A stretch of 64,000 nucleotides of DNA. Source: Lama guanicoe (taxonomy: Eukaryota). The notes under the pieces were generated by a model, which saw only the letters and a program-made list of their open reading frames with translations, made no database searches and was not told where the DNA came from. Positions 36,560 to 48,231 of the stretch are shown piece after piece. Positions within the stretch are counted from its first letter, which is position 1; every line of letters begins with the position of its first letter. The position numbers and the translations under genes were made by a program. The stretch is from positions 2,232,001 through 2,296,000 of the forward strand of contig MU054323.1 of assembly GCA_013239625.1 (NCBI GenBank). Reading direction: 5' to 3'.

Positions 36560-36970
36560 GCAGACTCAAAGAGGGAGCATTCGCCACCACTCGGCTTCTC
36601 TTGTTGCACCCGCCCCCTGTCTTTTTTTTTTTTTTTTGCCAATCNNNNNNNNNNNNNNNNNNNNNNNNNNNNNNNNNNNNNNNNNNNNNNNNNNNNNNNN
36701 NNNNNNNNNNNNNNNNNNNNNNNNNNNNNNNNNNNNNNNNNNNNNNNNNNNNNNNNNNNNNNNNNNNNNNNNNNNNNNNNNNNNNNNNNNNNNNNNNNNN
36801 NNNNNNNTTTTTTTTTTTTTTTTTTGCCAATCACAGAACCCAGAACTGAACAAGAGAGATGACCAAGAAGCCAGGTTTTCAGCCAACCCTTTCCTGCTGC
36901 ATAAGAGATGCTAAGCCATCCTGCCTTTGCCTTCATTGTATCGCACAGAAAAGCTCCAGGAAGTCAGAGG
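36560..36970. promoter_or_regulatory. Promoter-like motif cluster (GC box, poly(dT), CCAAT, ETS) spanning the gap
   Basis: CCCGCCCCC at 36609-36617, T16, GCCAATC at 36638-36644 (repeated at 36826-36832) and CAGGAAGT at 36957-36964, within a repeat-poor stretch. Confidence 0.35.
36645..36807. other. Assembly gap (163 N)
   Basis: Run of N. Confidence 1.
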
Positions 36971-38397
36971 AAAATGCCTCCTCTCTGAGTGACTGCCTTG
37001 TGGGCATTACGATGGGAGTTAGATGGCTTGCACTGCCTGCACTTTAGGAACATTTTGCAAGCCAGGAAACGCTGCTGGTAGATTACAGTTGTCAGTTCTC
37101 CTACAAAAGTGACGAAGGCAGCATTTCTTTGAGGTGTTATCTTCATCTAGCTTTCTGGTTTGTTTTCACTTGATTTAGAATTGTGTTTTTCCTTAGGAAT
37201 GATCCTTTCTGCTGCCAATATACACAATGCAGAATAGCAGAAATGTGTTTTGTGTTTGAGCTTATTTGATTTTTCGCTCATAATTAAACTAAACTTTTCT
37301 GTTTTAGGTTAGACCTTTGCAGTAAAGATCAGGAATTACGAATTACTGCTTTTCTCCCACTTTTTAGAATCTACACATCTTAAAGTAGTTTTCAGCACTT
37401 TCAAGAAATTTAGTTCAATTTATTTTCGGATGACTTGTATTTTTTCCTCCCTCTGAAAAAGATATATATTTTTTAATTTTCTCCCACCTTTTTTTGTAAG
37501 TCTTATTACTAATCAAAGAAAACTTTTTGAACAAACAAGCAAGACAACTGTGATAACTGAAATGTAAGTAGCCAAATATGATGTCCTGGGAAACATTTAT
37601 AAATATGAGATGCAGATTTCCTCTGACACTCAAACACTGGTCATCCTAGGGCACAGTAAAGAGTTATGACTCAGTGAACGGCATGCTGACATGTAACTAA
37701 ATAAGTAAATAAGTAGAGTGAAGGCAGACTGCTGTTTAACAGCTTCCCCGGTTACGTATACACTTTCAAACAAGCATGAAATGTGGGTCTCTGGACATCA
37801 CTTAAAAGAACCACAAATAAACAGAGTGTGATCCCACACTCCTATTCCTCCTGGACAGTGAGAAAGCTTGGCTGGGAATTGGGGTGGTTTCTGTTGCTCT
37901 TTGGTCCTATGGACTGTAGACACAAACCCTGTCGCTCAGAAAGATCAGGGTCATGCTGCTGCTGACACACCCGTTGAGCCTAGAAAAGTGCGGAGGCAAA
38001 GAGTCTGTGATCTGCAGGCCGTCGCCTCTCCTTTTCTTTTGCAAAGAATTCCACTCCAGACTCAGACATTTCCATTCCAACATCTGGGCTAAGTCAGCCT
38101 AGGGGACTGGGAGCCAGATTTACAAATTCTCAAGTGTAGCTCTCTTTTTTCACCTGCAAGATATATGTTAACTCAGGCCCTGCAGTTTGGGGTCAAACGG
38201 ATGCCAAAATATAGTACATATATGTGGAACACATTTCTTCTGCTTTAAAGCAACATCAGAGCAAGAAAGCCCATGAGACATTATCTGTCCTGACTTCCTC
38301 TTTCTACACATGAGGAAACTGAGGCAGAGAACAGAGCTTGAAATGGAATTCAGGGTCCTTATTGGGCTGCTCCTTTTTACCTTGACGATGAACTGTC

Positions 38398-38820
38398 TGT
38401 GTCAGTTACCTCACTCAAACTGAGTGCCTTCACACAACGGTGAGTTATTATTTGTCGCAGTGCTGCGTCTGGTTGCGCAGTTCTGCGGCGCTCACGTGGG
38501 GGCTCACTTACGCAACGCCGTTCGTGCGGCCAGTTGGCCGGAGGCTGGGCTCACCTGCTCAGCTGACCTGGCTGGGCCTCTTGGCCCTTCACCCCGACTT
38601 CTTAGCAGCACGTGCGTCTCAGGGTACAGGATCTTGGGGCACAGAGGGCACGTTCCCAGTGTGCCAGTCTTTATCAAGCCTCTGCTTGTTCTCTTTGCTG
38701 CTGCTCCACTGGCCAAGGCAGACCATACGGCCAAAGTCAGAAAACAGGCTGAAGAGGCATGCACAGAGGTATGGATATCAAGAGCATGATGAATCGGGGC
38801 TGTTGCTGTAAAAATGTACT
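38398..38820 (-). mobile_element. MLT1 (MLT1G-like) solo LTR, CpG-rich
   Basis: CAAACTGAGTGCCTT...TTATTATTTGTCGCAG start and TTATCAAGCCTCTGCTTG...CCACTGGCCAAGGCAGACCATACGGCCAA...GTATGGATATCAAGAGCATG match MLT1G-type blocks. Confidence 0.75.
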
Positions 38821-40299
38821 GAATAGCTTATGGCAGCGTTGGCCCAGCAGTATTCCATATAGGAATACTGTCTTGAAAAATGTTAAAAGGCCTGCCTTTA
38901 AAAAAAAAAAGATTTCTCTGGTCAAGAGTATGTGCAATAAATCCCAGAGACTCCAGCGCGCTAATGCGCACTGTGCCCCGATCCACATTAGAAGAGAGAG
39001 GAAGAAGAGAAAATGCCATTTCCAAATGTATTTGACCTAGATTTCCTCTTCCTTGTGAAACAGCTATTAACACCATAGAAAATAGTTTTTAAAACACTGG
39101 CCTCAGGCATTAAGAATGGCTCCTCCTACCTCTCTGCCCCTCCCTTGCCAAATACTCAGTGGAGTTTCAGGATCAAATGCTGATTTGTTGACATCATGTG
39201 TTTTCCCAGTGGCCAGGAGGGGTGCTCCTTCTCAGGGGGTAAACCAAGGCTAAAGTGCCTGACACTCCTGGCCGGGAGTGCCTTGGCACAGACCTAGGGC
39301 TCTGAGACATAAAATGGCTATTCTAAGTCAGAACAAATGTTATTTCCATAGGAGTTATATAATCCCCAAGAACACTGCTCTGCATGAGAAAGCTAGTTCC
39401 TGAATATGTCAGATACAGCAGAAAACGTGTCTGATATTTTCTGCCTGTCTGTTCTGGGTTTTTATTTTGACACACTTACTGTGAGTTAGCATGGAATTAT
39501 CGTTTTCTTCAAATTATTCTCTTAATTACAGCCCATTTTCAAAACGTGCACAGTGAAAAATTAAAGCAGTGCAGATAGCTATACAGTGAAAATTAATCTC
39601 CATCCAGTCCCCAGTTCTCCCCAGAGGCAATCACCCATACCTGTTTCTCATGTCTTTTCAGAGACAGGCGATGTTTTTAGAGGAATATATATACAAAGAG
39701 CACTGTAATACATGTGTCCTCTGCTTTACTTTACTTACTTTTTTTTTAAACAACTTCATCAGAGATCAGTCTTTATAAATAGAGAAATATTTAGCTAAAA
39801 GAACACCTAGAATTTCCACAGAATTTTCACAGTCACCATTGCGTATGAACTTTACTGATACTTTTCAGACTCATTTTTTTCATTTTTACTAATTCATGGT
39901 ATATAGGTCATAAATGTCAGTCCACTGCAACTGGCCATTCTGTTTGTTTTATCCGTTTATATTGTCTGTTACAGGCTGTTGATGTGAGCACAAGGACCTT
40001 CCCTCAGGCCGGGAACAGGAGATTGGTAGCAAAGTAGTGGCAGAGTGAACCTCAAGCCAGTCCCAGGGCTCCACTTTATTTTTCTGAATCTTAGTTTCTT
40101 CTTTTGTAAAAATGAGGCTAATCACAATGGCCTTGTAGAGAGTCGTGATAATAAAATGTGAAAATATGCTTGGAAGTATTTAGTAATCTCCAAGTGTTTT
40201 ACAGCTATTATCCAACTGAAGTTAAAATACTGATAGAATTGCTATAATCAAGGCATCCGTGCTTTTTAAAGCACAAAACAGATCTCCCAAGCACCCAGC

Positions 40300-40830
40300 T
40301 GTGCCAAGAATGAGTGAAATTCTAAAAATGCAAATCTGATCATCTTACTGCCCTTTAAAAAACTCTCCAGTGGATTATCACCACTGAAGAGATTTTACAA
40401 GGCTTCATGTGATTGGCCCTGCCCATGTCTTCAGCTTCAAGTCCATCTTACCAGCTAACTTCAGCCCACCTCCCTTTCTTTTCATGCTTCAGGAGAATAA
40501 TCTTTTATTTCCTAAATATCGTGACTCTTGTCCTTTGCACAAACAATTCTCTCTACCTACAAGATTCTTCTTCCTTGACAAGTAGAACCCCCTCCATACA
40601 CACACACACACACACACACACCGGTCCTGTCGTCTCCACTCCCTCCTCTGAGTCTGGATTGGGTGTCCCTCTCTTTTGATGAGCACCTGGCGCATCCTGT
40701 CTTCCACGGTTGAGCACTGATCCCAGTAGGGGCAATGCTTGATTTCTTGACTATTCCAAACACTACTGAATTCAGTAGGTCTACATGAAACATTTTTTGA
40801 TTGACGGGACAAATATATTAGTTAATGCAG
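40300..40830 (+). mobile_element. L2 3' fragment containing an (AC)n microsatellite; a MIR piece lies just upstream at about 40075-40210
   Basis: AAAATGCAAATCTGATCAT...AAACTCTCCAGTGG...ACAAGGCTTCATGTGATTGGCCCTGCC. Confidence 0.7.
40598..40621. repeat. (AC)12 microsatellite
   Basis: Read directly from the sequence. Confidence 0.95.
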
Positions 40831-41261
40831 CTATCAGGCAGTCAGTGACCTGGACAATATTTTGTGTGGCCTGAGAAGGGGGAAGTGCGCTCTATGGAGC
40901 AAGTTCAAGTGAAGGAACCGATATATTTAAATAATAAAATGCTTTTATTTAAGAAAAGGAAACCAAATAATTGTCCGTACTGTCAAGAAAAGGCACTTAT
41001 TTTGTAATCTTCCCTTCCAGACTCTTTCCTAGAGGAGGGACACCTTTGATGTAAAAATTGAGGCGGAATCCTGGGTATAGTGGGTGGCGGTGAATGTGGA
41101 GGAACTGGGAGGGAGATGGAGAGTTTTGTAAGGTGGCCGCCTCCAAATCCAACCAAAAACTATAAAAGTGGACCAATCTGATCCCCTGCTCTGGAACGAG
41201 GTGGGGTTCTGAGAAGGAATCTAGGCCTTGGACAGTGATGATACTCCAGTAGCATCAAGAC

Positions 41262-41294
41262 TGTGTGTGAGCGTGTGTGTGTGTGTGTGTGTGT
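41262..41294. repeat. Interrupted (GT)n microsatellite
   Basis: Read directly from the sequence. Confidence 0.95.
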
Positions 41295-41730
41295 ACGAGG
41301 GCGTGGTGGTGTGGGATTAGTGTGGGGAATCTGGAAGATCTTGGGAAGAAGATCTATGTTGTAAAAGTCTGCAAGTCTGGTTTGCCAACAGGAGGTGGCA
41401 GAAAGTTGTGGGAAGAAATAAGCATATCCATTCATTGAATTCCGTTGATCTTCAACATAAATTATCTAGCAGATCCCTATGATAAAATGCTATTTTGATT
41501 GAAGAAAATCATTTTCAATTCATTTTGCTTGTTCTTTTGGCATTTACCTTGCTATCTCTAAATCAGAGCCTCCTGAACAGTTAGCAGCAAATACATTACA
41601 GGTATGGGGAGATAGTGATCCTTTCTGCCCTCAGGGAGGTCAAGTGGAACCTGGGGTGGGTGGCCTTATCCCCTGTCTCATTGCTTCTAATCTCAATTTT
41701 CTTTACCATTTGTTCCTGTATGCCTTGCAA

Positions 41731-41747
41731 GTGTGTGTGTGTGTGTG

Positions 41748-41778
<31 letters not shown>
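41731..41778. repeat. (GT)n microsatellite, about 24 units with one interruption
   Basis: Read directly from the sequence. Confidence 0.95.
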
Positions 41779-41780
<2 letters not shown>

Positions 41781-41789
41781 GTTAATGGT

Positions 41790-43890
41790 TAACGCCTAAA
41801 CTGAAACATCTGTAAGTAGCACTATATTTAGCAATGCTTCCCAATCTTGTTCAAGATATAGCGCGCACACACACACATTTCCTGTTTCTCCCACCCTTCC
41901 AATTTAGTTCTCATAATTTTGTTTATATGACTGTTTGGTGTTTCCTGTATTATGACTAGCTAAATCCTGAATGATGTACTAAATCATAATTTCTTCTCTT
42001 CTGCACAGTTTTCCTTTTGTCTTTAGTGAATGCTTGTCCTGATTTTTGTTGTTGTTGTTGTTGAGTTTCCTATGTACATATCATTAATTCAGCCCAAATA
42101 CTTTACCAAGGATCAAAATCTTCAGGTATTCTTTAAATTTTATATTCTAGAAGAAAAAAAACCTCAGCCAAATGTTGAGCATCTGCTTCTAATGGATTTG
42201 GTTGTCTTCCACTTAGTTTACATCTATCATCCTAGGTTAGCCTTCATTTTCTTGGTGACTTTCTTCCTATTTCCAGAATAGGAGTCCCTCTTATTTTAAT
42301 CACACCTTCTATTTTGATCACTTCCTTATTTTACTGGAGAATGTCATCCAGTAGCTTTACAAAAAAAAAAATGGATAATGGGAAATTATACTCTTAAAAG
42401 AGCATGGCATGCCTTACAATTTCATTGTTCTAATGTCATCCTTGATCGAAAGTTTGGTTGGGGGTGGAATTTTAGGTTGTAAGTCACCGTCCCTCAGAAT
42501 CTGAAGGCTCTGGTTTGTTGTCTGCCTTCTAGCTCTGTTATTGCCAAGTCTAAAGCGATATTTGATTCCTCACCTTTTGTGTCTTTTGTATGTGACTGTT
42601 CATATCTCTCTCTGGAAATACATATGATCTTGGAATTTCAGGATGATATATATTGGTATGGGTCTGCCTGCATTTGGCAATTCATATTGTTTAGTTCTGA
42701 ATATTTTTGATATAGTTTTTTTACTGATGACTTCCTTTCTTCCTTTTTCTCAGTGCTTTCGTCTAGAACCCCTGTTATTTGGATATCAAAAATTCTGAGC
42801 TGATTTTTAGTTTTCATACTGTTCTCTCCTGTTTTCCATCTCTTAAACAGTTTGTCCTGCTTCTTGGGAAATTTCCCTCATTTAATCTTGCAATCCTACT
42901 GACTTTTTCATTTCTGTTATATTTATTTCCAATACCCTTTTACTATTGTCAGAATATTTGCTTTTGTAAAGTACATCCAGTTCCTAGTTTATGAATATAA
43001 TACACAAATAATGTTTTTTTGCTGAAGTTTTTTTTCTTGCATTTTTTGGTTATTTCCAAGTTGCGCTTTTTTTTTTCCACTTGCATTTAGGTTCTTATCT
43101 TTCATGTTAGCATCTTTTCTGAACAGTCTGTTTTTTAGAGCAATTCTCTTAAAGACTGATGTCAATTTTTAAATGCTTTGGTGGAATTGGTTAACCAGAG
43201 TCTTCAAAGTCGAGAGGTGATCAGGATGGGTTGCCTTGTGGAAATTCTTAGTATCTGTACCTTTGTCCTTTCCCTCCTGGGCTAGTCATATTCCCAGAAA
43301 TGATTTCCAGTCTTTGCCCCACAGGAAATTGGGTTTATTTTCAGTTTCTACAAGTCCATCAGTGATAGAAGATTAGGAATGATGTAGTTTAGTGGATCTC
43401 AGACTCCAGTATGTACATGTACACATAATCTCTCTGACTGCAGTAAGGTAGTATCATCCTCAGCTGTGAGTGTTTCCCTGTCCAAAGGCTTTCTGATTAT
43501 TTGGACCTGGGGAGAGAATCTAGGGGTTTAAGGGTTTTTGAAACAAACTTGCAAGGCATTCCCCACTTTTCAAGACCTACCCTCACTCCCACTTTTAGAG
43601 GCAGCTGGTGCCGGACATCCCTGAATTGTGTATGTGTTGGGGGTGAGGGCTCTGCCATAAATGTGGTCACATTTTAGCTTTTCCTACTGCCAACTTGGAT
43701 TTCTTATTACTCAGGTTTCCTCGTTTAGCACTAGTTTCTGAAGTTGTGTTGCTGTTTTCTTTTCTATTATTTTTTTCATGTTGTTTTCTGCCTTAAATGC
43801 ATTTCCTTCATGTCATTTTCTTAGTGCTTCAGGGTGGAACAAGAGTACATGCATGTGTTTATTTTTCTGCCTTCACCTGGAAATCTGACT
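41790..43890 (-). mobile_element. HAL1, long copy
   Basis: CCACCCTTCCAATTTAGTT...TATTATGACTA (3' part); GGAGAATGTCATCCAGTAGCTT...AGTTTGGTTGGGGTGGAATTTTAGGTTG...CCCTCAGAATCTGAAGGC (ORF1-like part); GCATGTGTTTATTTTTCTGCC...CTGGAAATC (5' end). Confidence 0.7.
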
Positions 43891-44135
43891 TAGGTTTTTC
43901 TCTTCCCTCTCTTTGATGATCCTGTCCTCTCCTGTTGTAATGTCTTTTTTGTTAACCTTCTTTTCCTTCATTGAGGCCCAACCCTAAACATGGCTGTATC
44001 CTCAAGCCTTCCTTAACAGCTCCAGCCCACAGGACTACTTTATTTTCTTTGCCCTTAAAGCAACTTGATTTCTCTCTACTTAATACCTGGATTTTCACAT
44101 GTCTCTGCTGTTGAAACTGCTACTACTACTATTTC

Positions 44136-44154
44136 TAATAATAATAATGATGAC

Positions 44155-44197
<43 letters not shown>
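44136..44197. repeat. Compound (TAA)n(GAT)n microsatellite with a pure (GAT)14 run at 44155-44196
   Basis: Read directly from the sequence. Confidence 0.95.
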
Positions 44198-44199
44198 TA

Positions 44200-44440
44200 A
44201 GTGAACACTAACATTTACTAAATGCTAAGCACTATTTTAATTGCTATACACACGGTCTCTTACCTCATCCTTACAACTATTCTTTCAATTAGGTTCTTTT
44301 TTTTTTCTCTCCATTTTACAGATGGGAAAATTGAAGCACTCAGAAATCAAGCAAACTGCCCCCAAATCACACAACTCAAATTAGTGGAGCCAGATTTTAA
44401 AATGCATCTCTCTGATTCCAGTGTCTGTGTTCTTGATTAT
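44200..44440 (-). mobile_element. MIR SINE
   Basis: CTAACATTTACTAAATGCT...CATCCTTACAAC...CCATTTTACAGATGGGAAAATTGAAGCAC...AGTGGAGCCAGATTTT...CTGATTCCAG. Confidence 0.85.
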
Positions 44441-46069
44441 TCAAAACGTTATAACAAGAAAGTCCTGTTATACCTGCTTCACAAAGGAGGAAATAGTGGG
44501 CCAAACGTTTGCATTATCTTCTCATAGTTCCTTTATGGCGGTAGGAGACAGAACCAGGGTTTTGTGATAACAACTCCTGGACTCTGCCAAGATACTGCAT
44601 TACCAAAATAAGTAATACCCTTTCCTAACTAGCAAAGCACTGTGTCGCACTGTTTTAGTTCTTCACTAAATTGTTGATGAACTGGTTAAAAATTTACCAT
44701 GTGCTGTGTGCAGATGCAATATGTGGTGTTAAAAGTACATGTCCAGCATTTCAGCATTGAATTACAATCTGAGAACATGTAATCCAACGGCCTTGTTTAG
44801 CAGATACAGGTGATACTCAGAGAAGCTGAGTGACTTGTCCAAGCTTACATTTCTGATTACTAAAGAGGCAGTGTTAAGACCCAGTCATCCAATGTACTCT
44901 TGCTTGTACATAATAAAATACCTCTCGAATGATTCATACTGTTAGCAACTTAAAAAATAAACAACATTTTTTTCTAGAGTGTTTGTTTAGTTTAGCTGAA
45001 AATTACTTTATAGAATATATTTTTTCTTACAAATAAAATTTCTGTATGTCAGATATTATTTTCCATACTAAACTAGAATTGTTTTCCAGCTGATGTATTT
45101 TGGCCCCTAAGGCGTGATAAAAATCACACAACATAGCAAACTCACAAATATCTATATTGTTTTTAAAATGTTTTTGTTTTTTCCTGCTAAAGCATGCGTG
45201 ACTCGGAAAAAGAGGTCATGGTCTCAGTGCAGCCCTGAAACTTAAAATAACCACAAATCAGAAACAGGGTTTCTTCTCTTCTTGATCCACAGAAGAGGGT
45301 CTGTGTTCTATGTGCTGTCTCTTTAAACTCAGTCTCGGGTTTTATCTCAGATCCAAGGTAAATATTCTTTAAAAGTCCAAATCTCTTAGCTGCTCCTTTA
45401 AAAGGTTTGTCTTGTGCACGTATTGCTTGTTTATTTAGCAGCCCTATGAAGCTATTGAAGTGCTTGTTTAGTAGTCTTTCTAAATTATTTATGGTGGGAG
45501 CCAACTAATCTTTGGTCACAGTGAATTTCACATTCTAGGAATCACGAGCCTGATTGATTGTGTTTCCAATTGGGAATGTCTATAAAGTGATGAGGCTTAC
45601 ATTAGTGTCACATCTTCAAGCACCTCTCTGCAGGGAGAAGCAAGCCAGTCTTTGCACAGTTGACCTTATTCCCAAAGGAGAATTTGGGAAACCAGTGTGC
45701 CTGTGGATATTGGGAAGGTATTGATGACTTCCATATCCATTCATTTCTCTCTTCCTTTCTTTCTTCTTTTAATTGTTGAGGTGAAAATAAAGAACTGAGG
45801 GGACCTCAGTCAGGTACTCCGAAGAAACTGGGAAAGTAATGAAGACAGGAGCAAAATAGAAAAACTCACAGCAAATATGTCTTGTAAGAAATGTCGACAA
45901 CACAGGGGAAAATGCAATCTTTGGCTCCTCATCCTATCTTAAGTCCTGGCAGTTTTACAGTTCAGGGCAAATGATCAGCATACCCTGTGCTGTACTTCCC
46001 CAGTTCACAGAGGGGCCTCAGAACTTTTAAGAAAAGGGAGTCTTCAACTTCATCTTTGAGGGCAAAGAT

Positions 46070-46265
46070 TAGAATCATAGAATGTTAGCACTCAAAGGGA
46101 ATTCATAGATCATCTACTTTCTAGTTCAATCTCTTTGTTTCACAGCTGAGGTCAGTCTGAGGCCAAGAGAAAGGATATAAGTTTTCCGGAGTCATACAGT
46201 AAGTTAATGGCAGGGCATTGATCAAAACCCACCCAAATCTTGATGCTCAGACTACTATGTCAGCA
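46070..46265 (-). mobile_element. MIR3/MIRc-like SINE
   Basis: AGAATCATAGAATGTTAG...AGATCATCTA...CACAGCTGAGG...TGAGGCCAAGAGA...GTCATACAGTAAGTTAATGGCAG. Confidence 0.7.
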
Positions 46266-46279
46266 ACAATGCATTAAAA

Positions 46280-46745
46280 TGCAACTGAAATCCCAGCTAC
46301 TTAACTTGGCTGACCCCATCTTCTGTCACTCTCCGCATTATTCCCTCTGCTCCTGCCATGCTGGCCTTCTTAATCCTGGGACACACCAACACATTTCCTG
46401 TCTCCAGATTTTGGCAATGGCTGGTCTCTGGGCCTGGAATGCTGCCTCCTACCCCTGCCCTTCTTTTCTCATCATGGGTATTTCGTTGTCAGTCAGCTCT
46501 GAGTCTCAGTCTCAATGCCGTCTCCTCCTTCAGCCCTTCCCTGATCAGGTAATGCTAAGTAGCTTCCCGGGATTCATTATCATATCGACATATTTTATTT
46601 CTCATCATAGCACCATAATCTGTTTTTGATTGTGGTTGTTCCCCTAATGGAATTTAAGCTCTGTGAGTCTATTGATTTTATTTGTTTATTGTATTCAGCA
46701 GTTCCTAGGATAACGCCAAGGATGTGACAAATAAGTGATTTCAAA
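46280..46745 (+). mobile_element. L2 3' fragment
   Basis: CTCTGCTCCTGCCATGCTGGCCTTCTT...GCCTGGAATGCT...TCTCAGTCTCAATGCCGTCTCCTC...TTTAAGCTCTGTGAG...TTTGTTTATTGTATTC. This explains ORF 46240-46629. Confidence 0.75.
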
Positions 46746-47929
46746 ATATACACAGTCAAAAAAATCTCACGTAGTGCAGACATTTGTTTTATACTTCAAC
46801 TTTACCATACTCTGTGATTTATTCTTAATCAACCTTTATGAATGTATATATTACACACGAGCTTCAACTATTGGATCCTATCTAGTTACCAAATATTCAC
46901 ATCAACAGGGAAGAGTGATGCACATTTTATGATTTCTTATTGCATAGAAAATTGTTCCCCTGGGGCCATCTTTGATTTTCGTAGGAGTCTCAGTTCTTGG
47001 AAAATTCAGGCCTCCTGTGGTGCTATTAAGAGAACAGTCACTGACTTGGAGATGAGAATATCAGTAATATCCACCAAGTTCATCAACAGCTTCACACCTG
47101 AGGCAGCTTGGAGACACCGGGGACCCCAGTGAGGTTGGAACTTAACCACTTCCACGTAGCTAAGCAGGCTAAAATGTTCATTGTCTTTTTGCCTGGAACA
47201 TCCTTGATGTAAGAGTGGTGTTTACATTTCTAGCCTGACTCCTTCTAACTTAACAGGTTTAGGATAGCCTGGGTGGGAACAGAAAAAAACCCAGACAGAG
47301 TGGTAAAGGCCCATTTTCACCATCCCTGCCTCCCACTCTCCACGTGCTCAGACAAGAGATGCTCTCCTTATTTGAAATTGTAAAGACACTGTATAAGTAC
47401 TTCCTTGTCAAATAAACTAAACATCTGATTTTTGCTCCAATCTGGATAGCTTACGCTTGGCTCTTAAGGATGGAGGACTGAAGGGCAAAGGGGACTGTGA
47501 CTCTTGACTTTCATCAGAGGGGAAGCCGTGTCTATCTTACTCTGTCCATCTGGGCACTTGTTCTAGAAAAAAAAAGGGGGGGGAGACCCCTCTTGTGTAG
47601 GCAAATGAATTTATTTGCTCCTAACATGTCATGAAAGTGACAGAATCATAAATCTCTAAGTGAAATTCACATATCTTATATGTCATTGGGGCAAAACTTT
47701 TCTTTGTCCTGTGCTACCAAGATTTCTCTGGTTTCTGCCAGCACCTGAGAGGTATTCCCTAAATCATTATCTACTGACAAGATGCCTATTACAGCTCTAC
47801 AAAGATAACAATGTACTCTTCTCACACCACTGTCACTGTTACGGTGCAATTTGAGTCAGACTGGTAGTTGAGTATTGTCTCTGTAAACAGGAAGGAAACA
47901 CCAGAATTAGACTCTCAGTTTTCCTTTTA

Positions 47930-48230
47930 AAAAGAATAGGTTCATGACACCAAAAACACAAACAACAAAAGATAAACAGATAAACTGGGCTTCATAAAAG
48001 TTAAAAACTTCTGTGTTTTAAAGAACACCATCAAGAAAGTGAAAAAACTTCCACAGAAATTTGCAAATCACAAATCTGATGAAATGTATCTAGAATATAT
48101 AAAGAACACTTATAACTCAATAATAAAACGACTACCCAGATAAAAGTGGACAAAGGACCCAAATAGACATTTTTCCAAAGAAGACATACAAATGTCAGTA
48201 AGCACATAAAAAATGCTCAATATCATTAAT
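47930..48230 (+). mobile_element. L1 ORF2 C-terminal fragment
   Basis: ATGACACCAAAAACACAAACAACAAAAG...AAAAACTTCTGTG...AAATAGACATTTTTCCAAAGAAGACATACAAATG...ATGCTCAATATCATTA. Confidence 0.85.
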
Positions 48231-48231
48231 T

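Noticed and set aside
36415..36936. 104-173 aa ORFs around 36.4-36.9 kb
   Set aside because: Artefacts of translating through the N gap and poly(T)/poly(A) runs.
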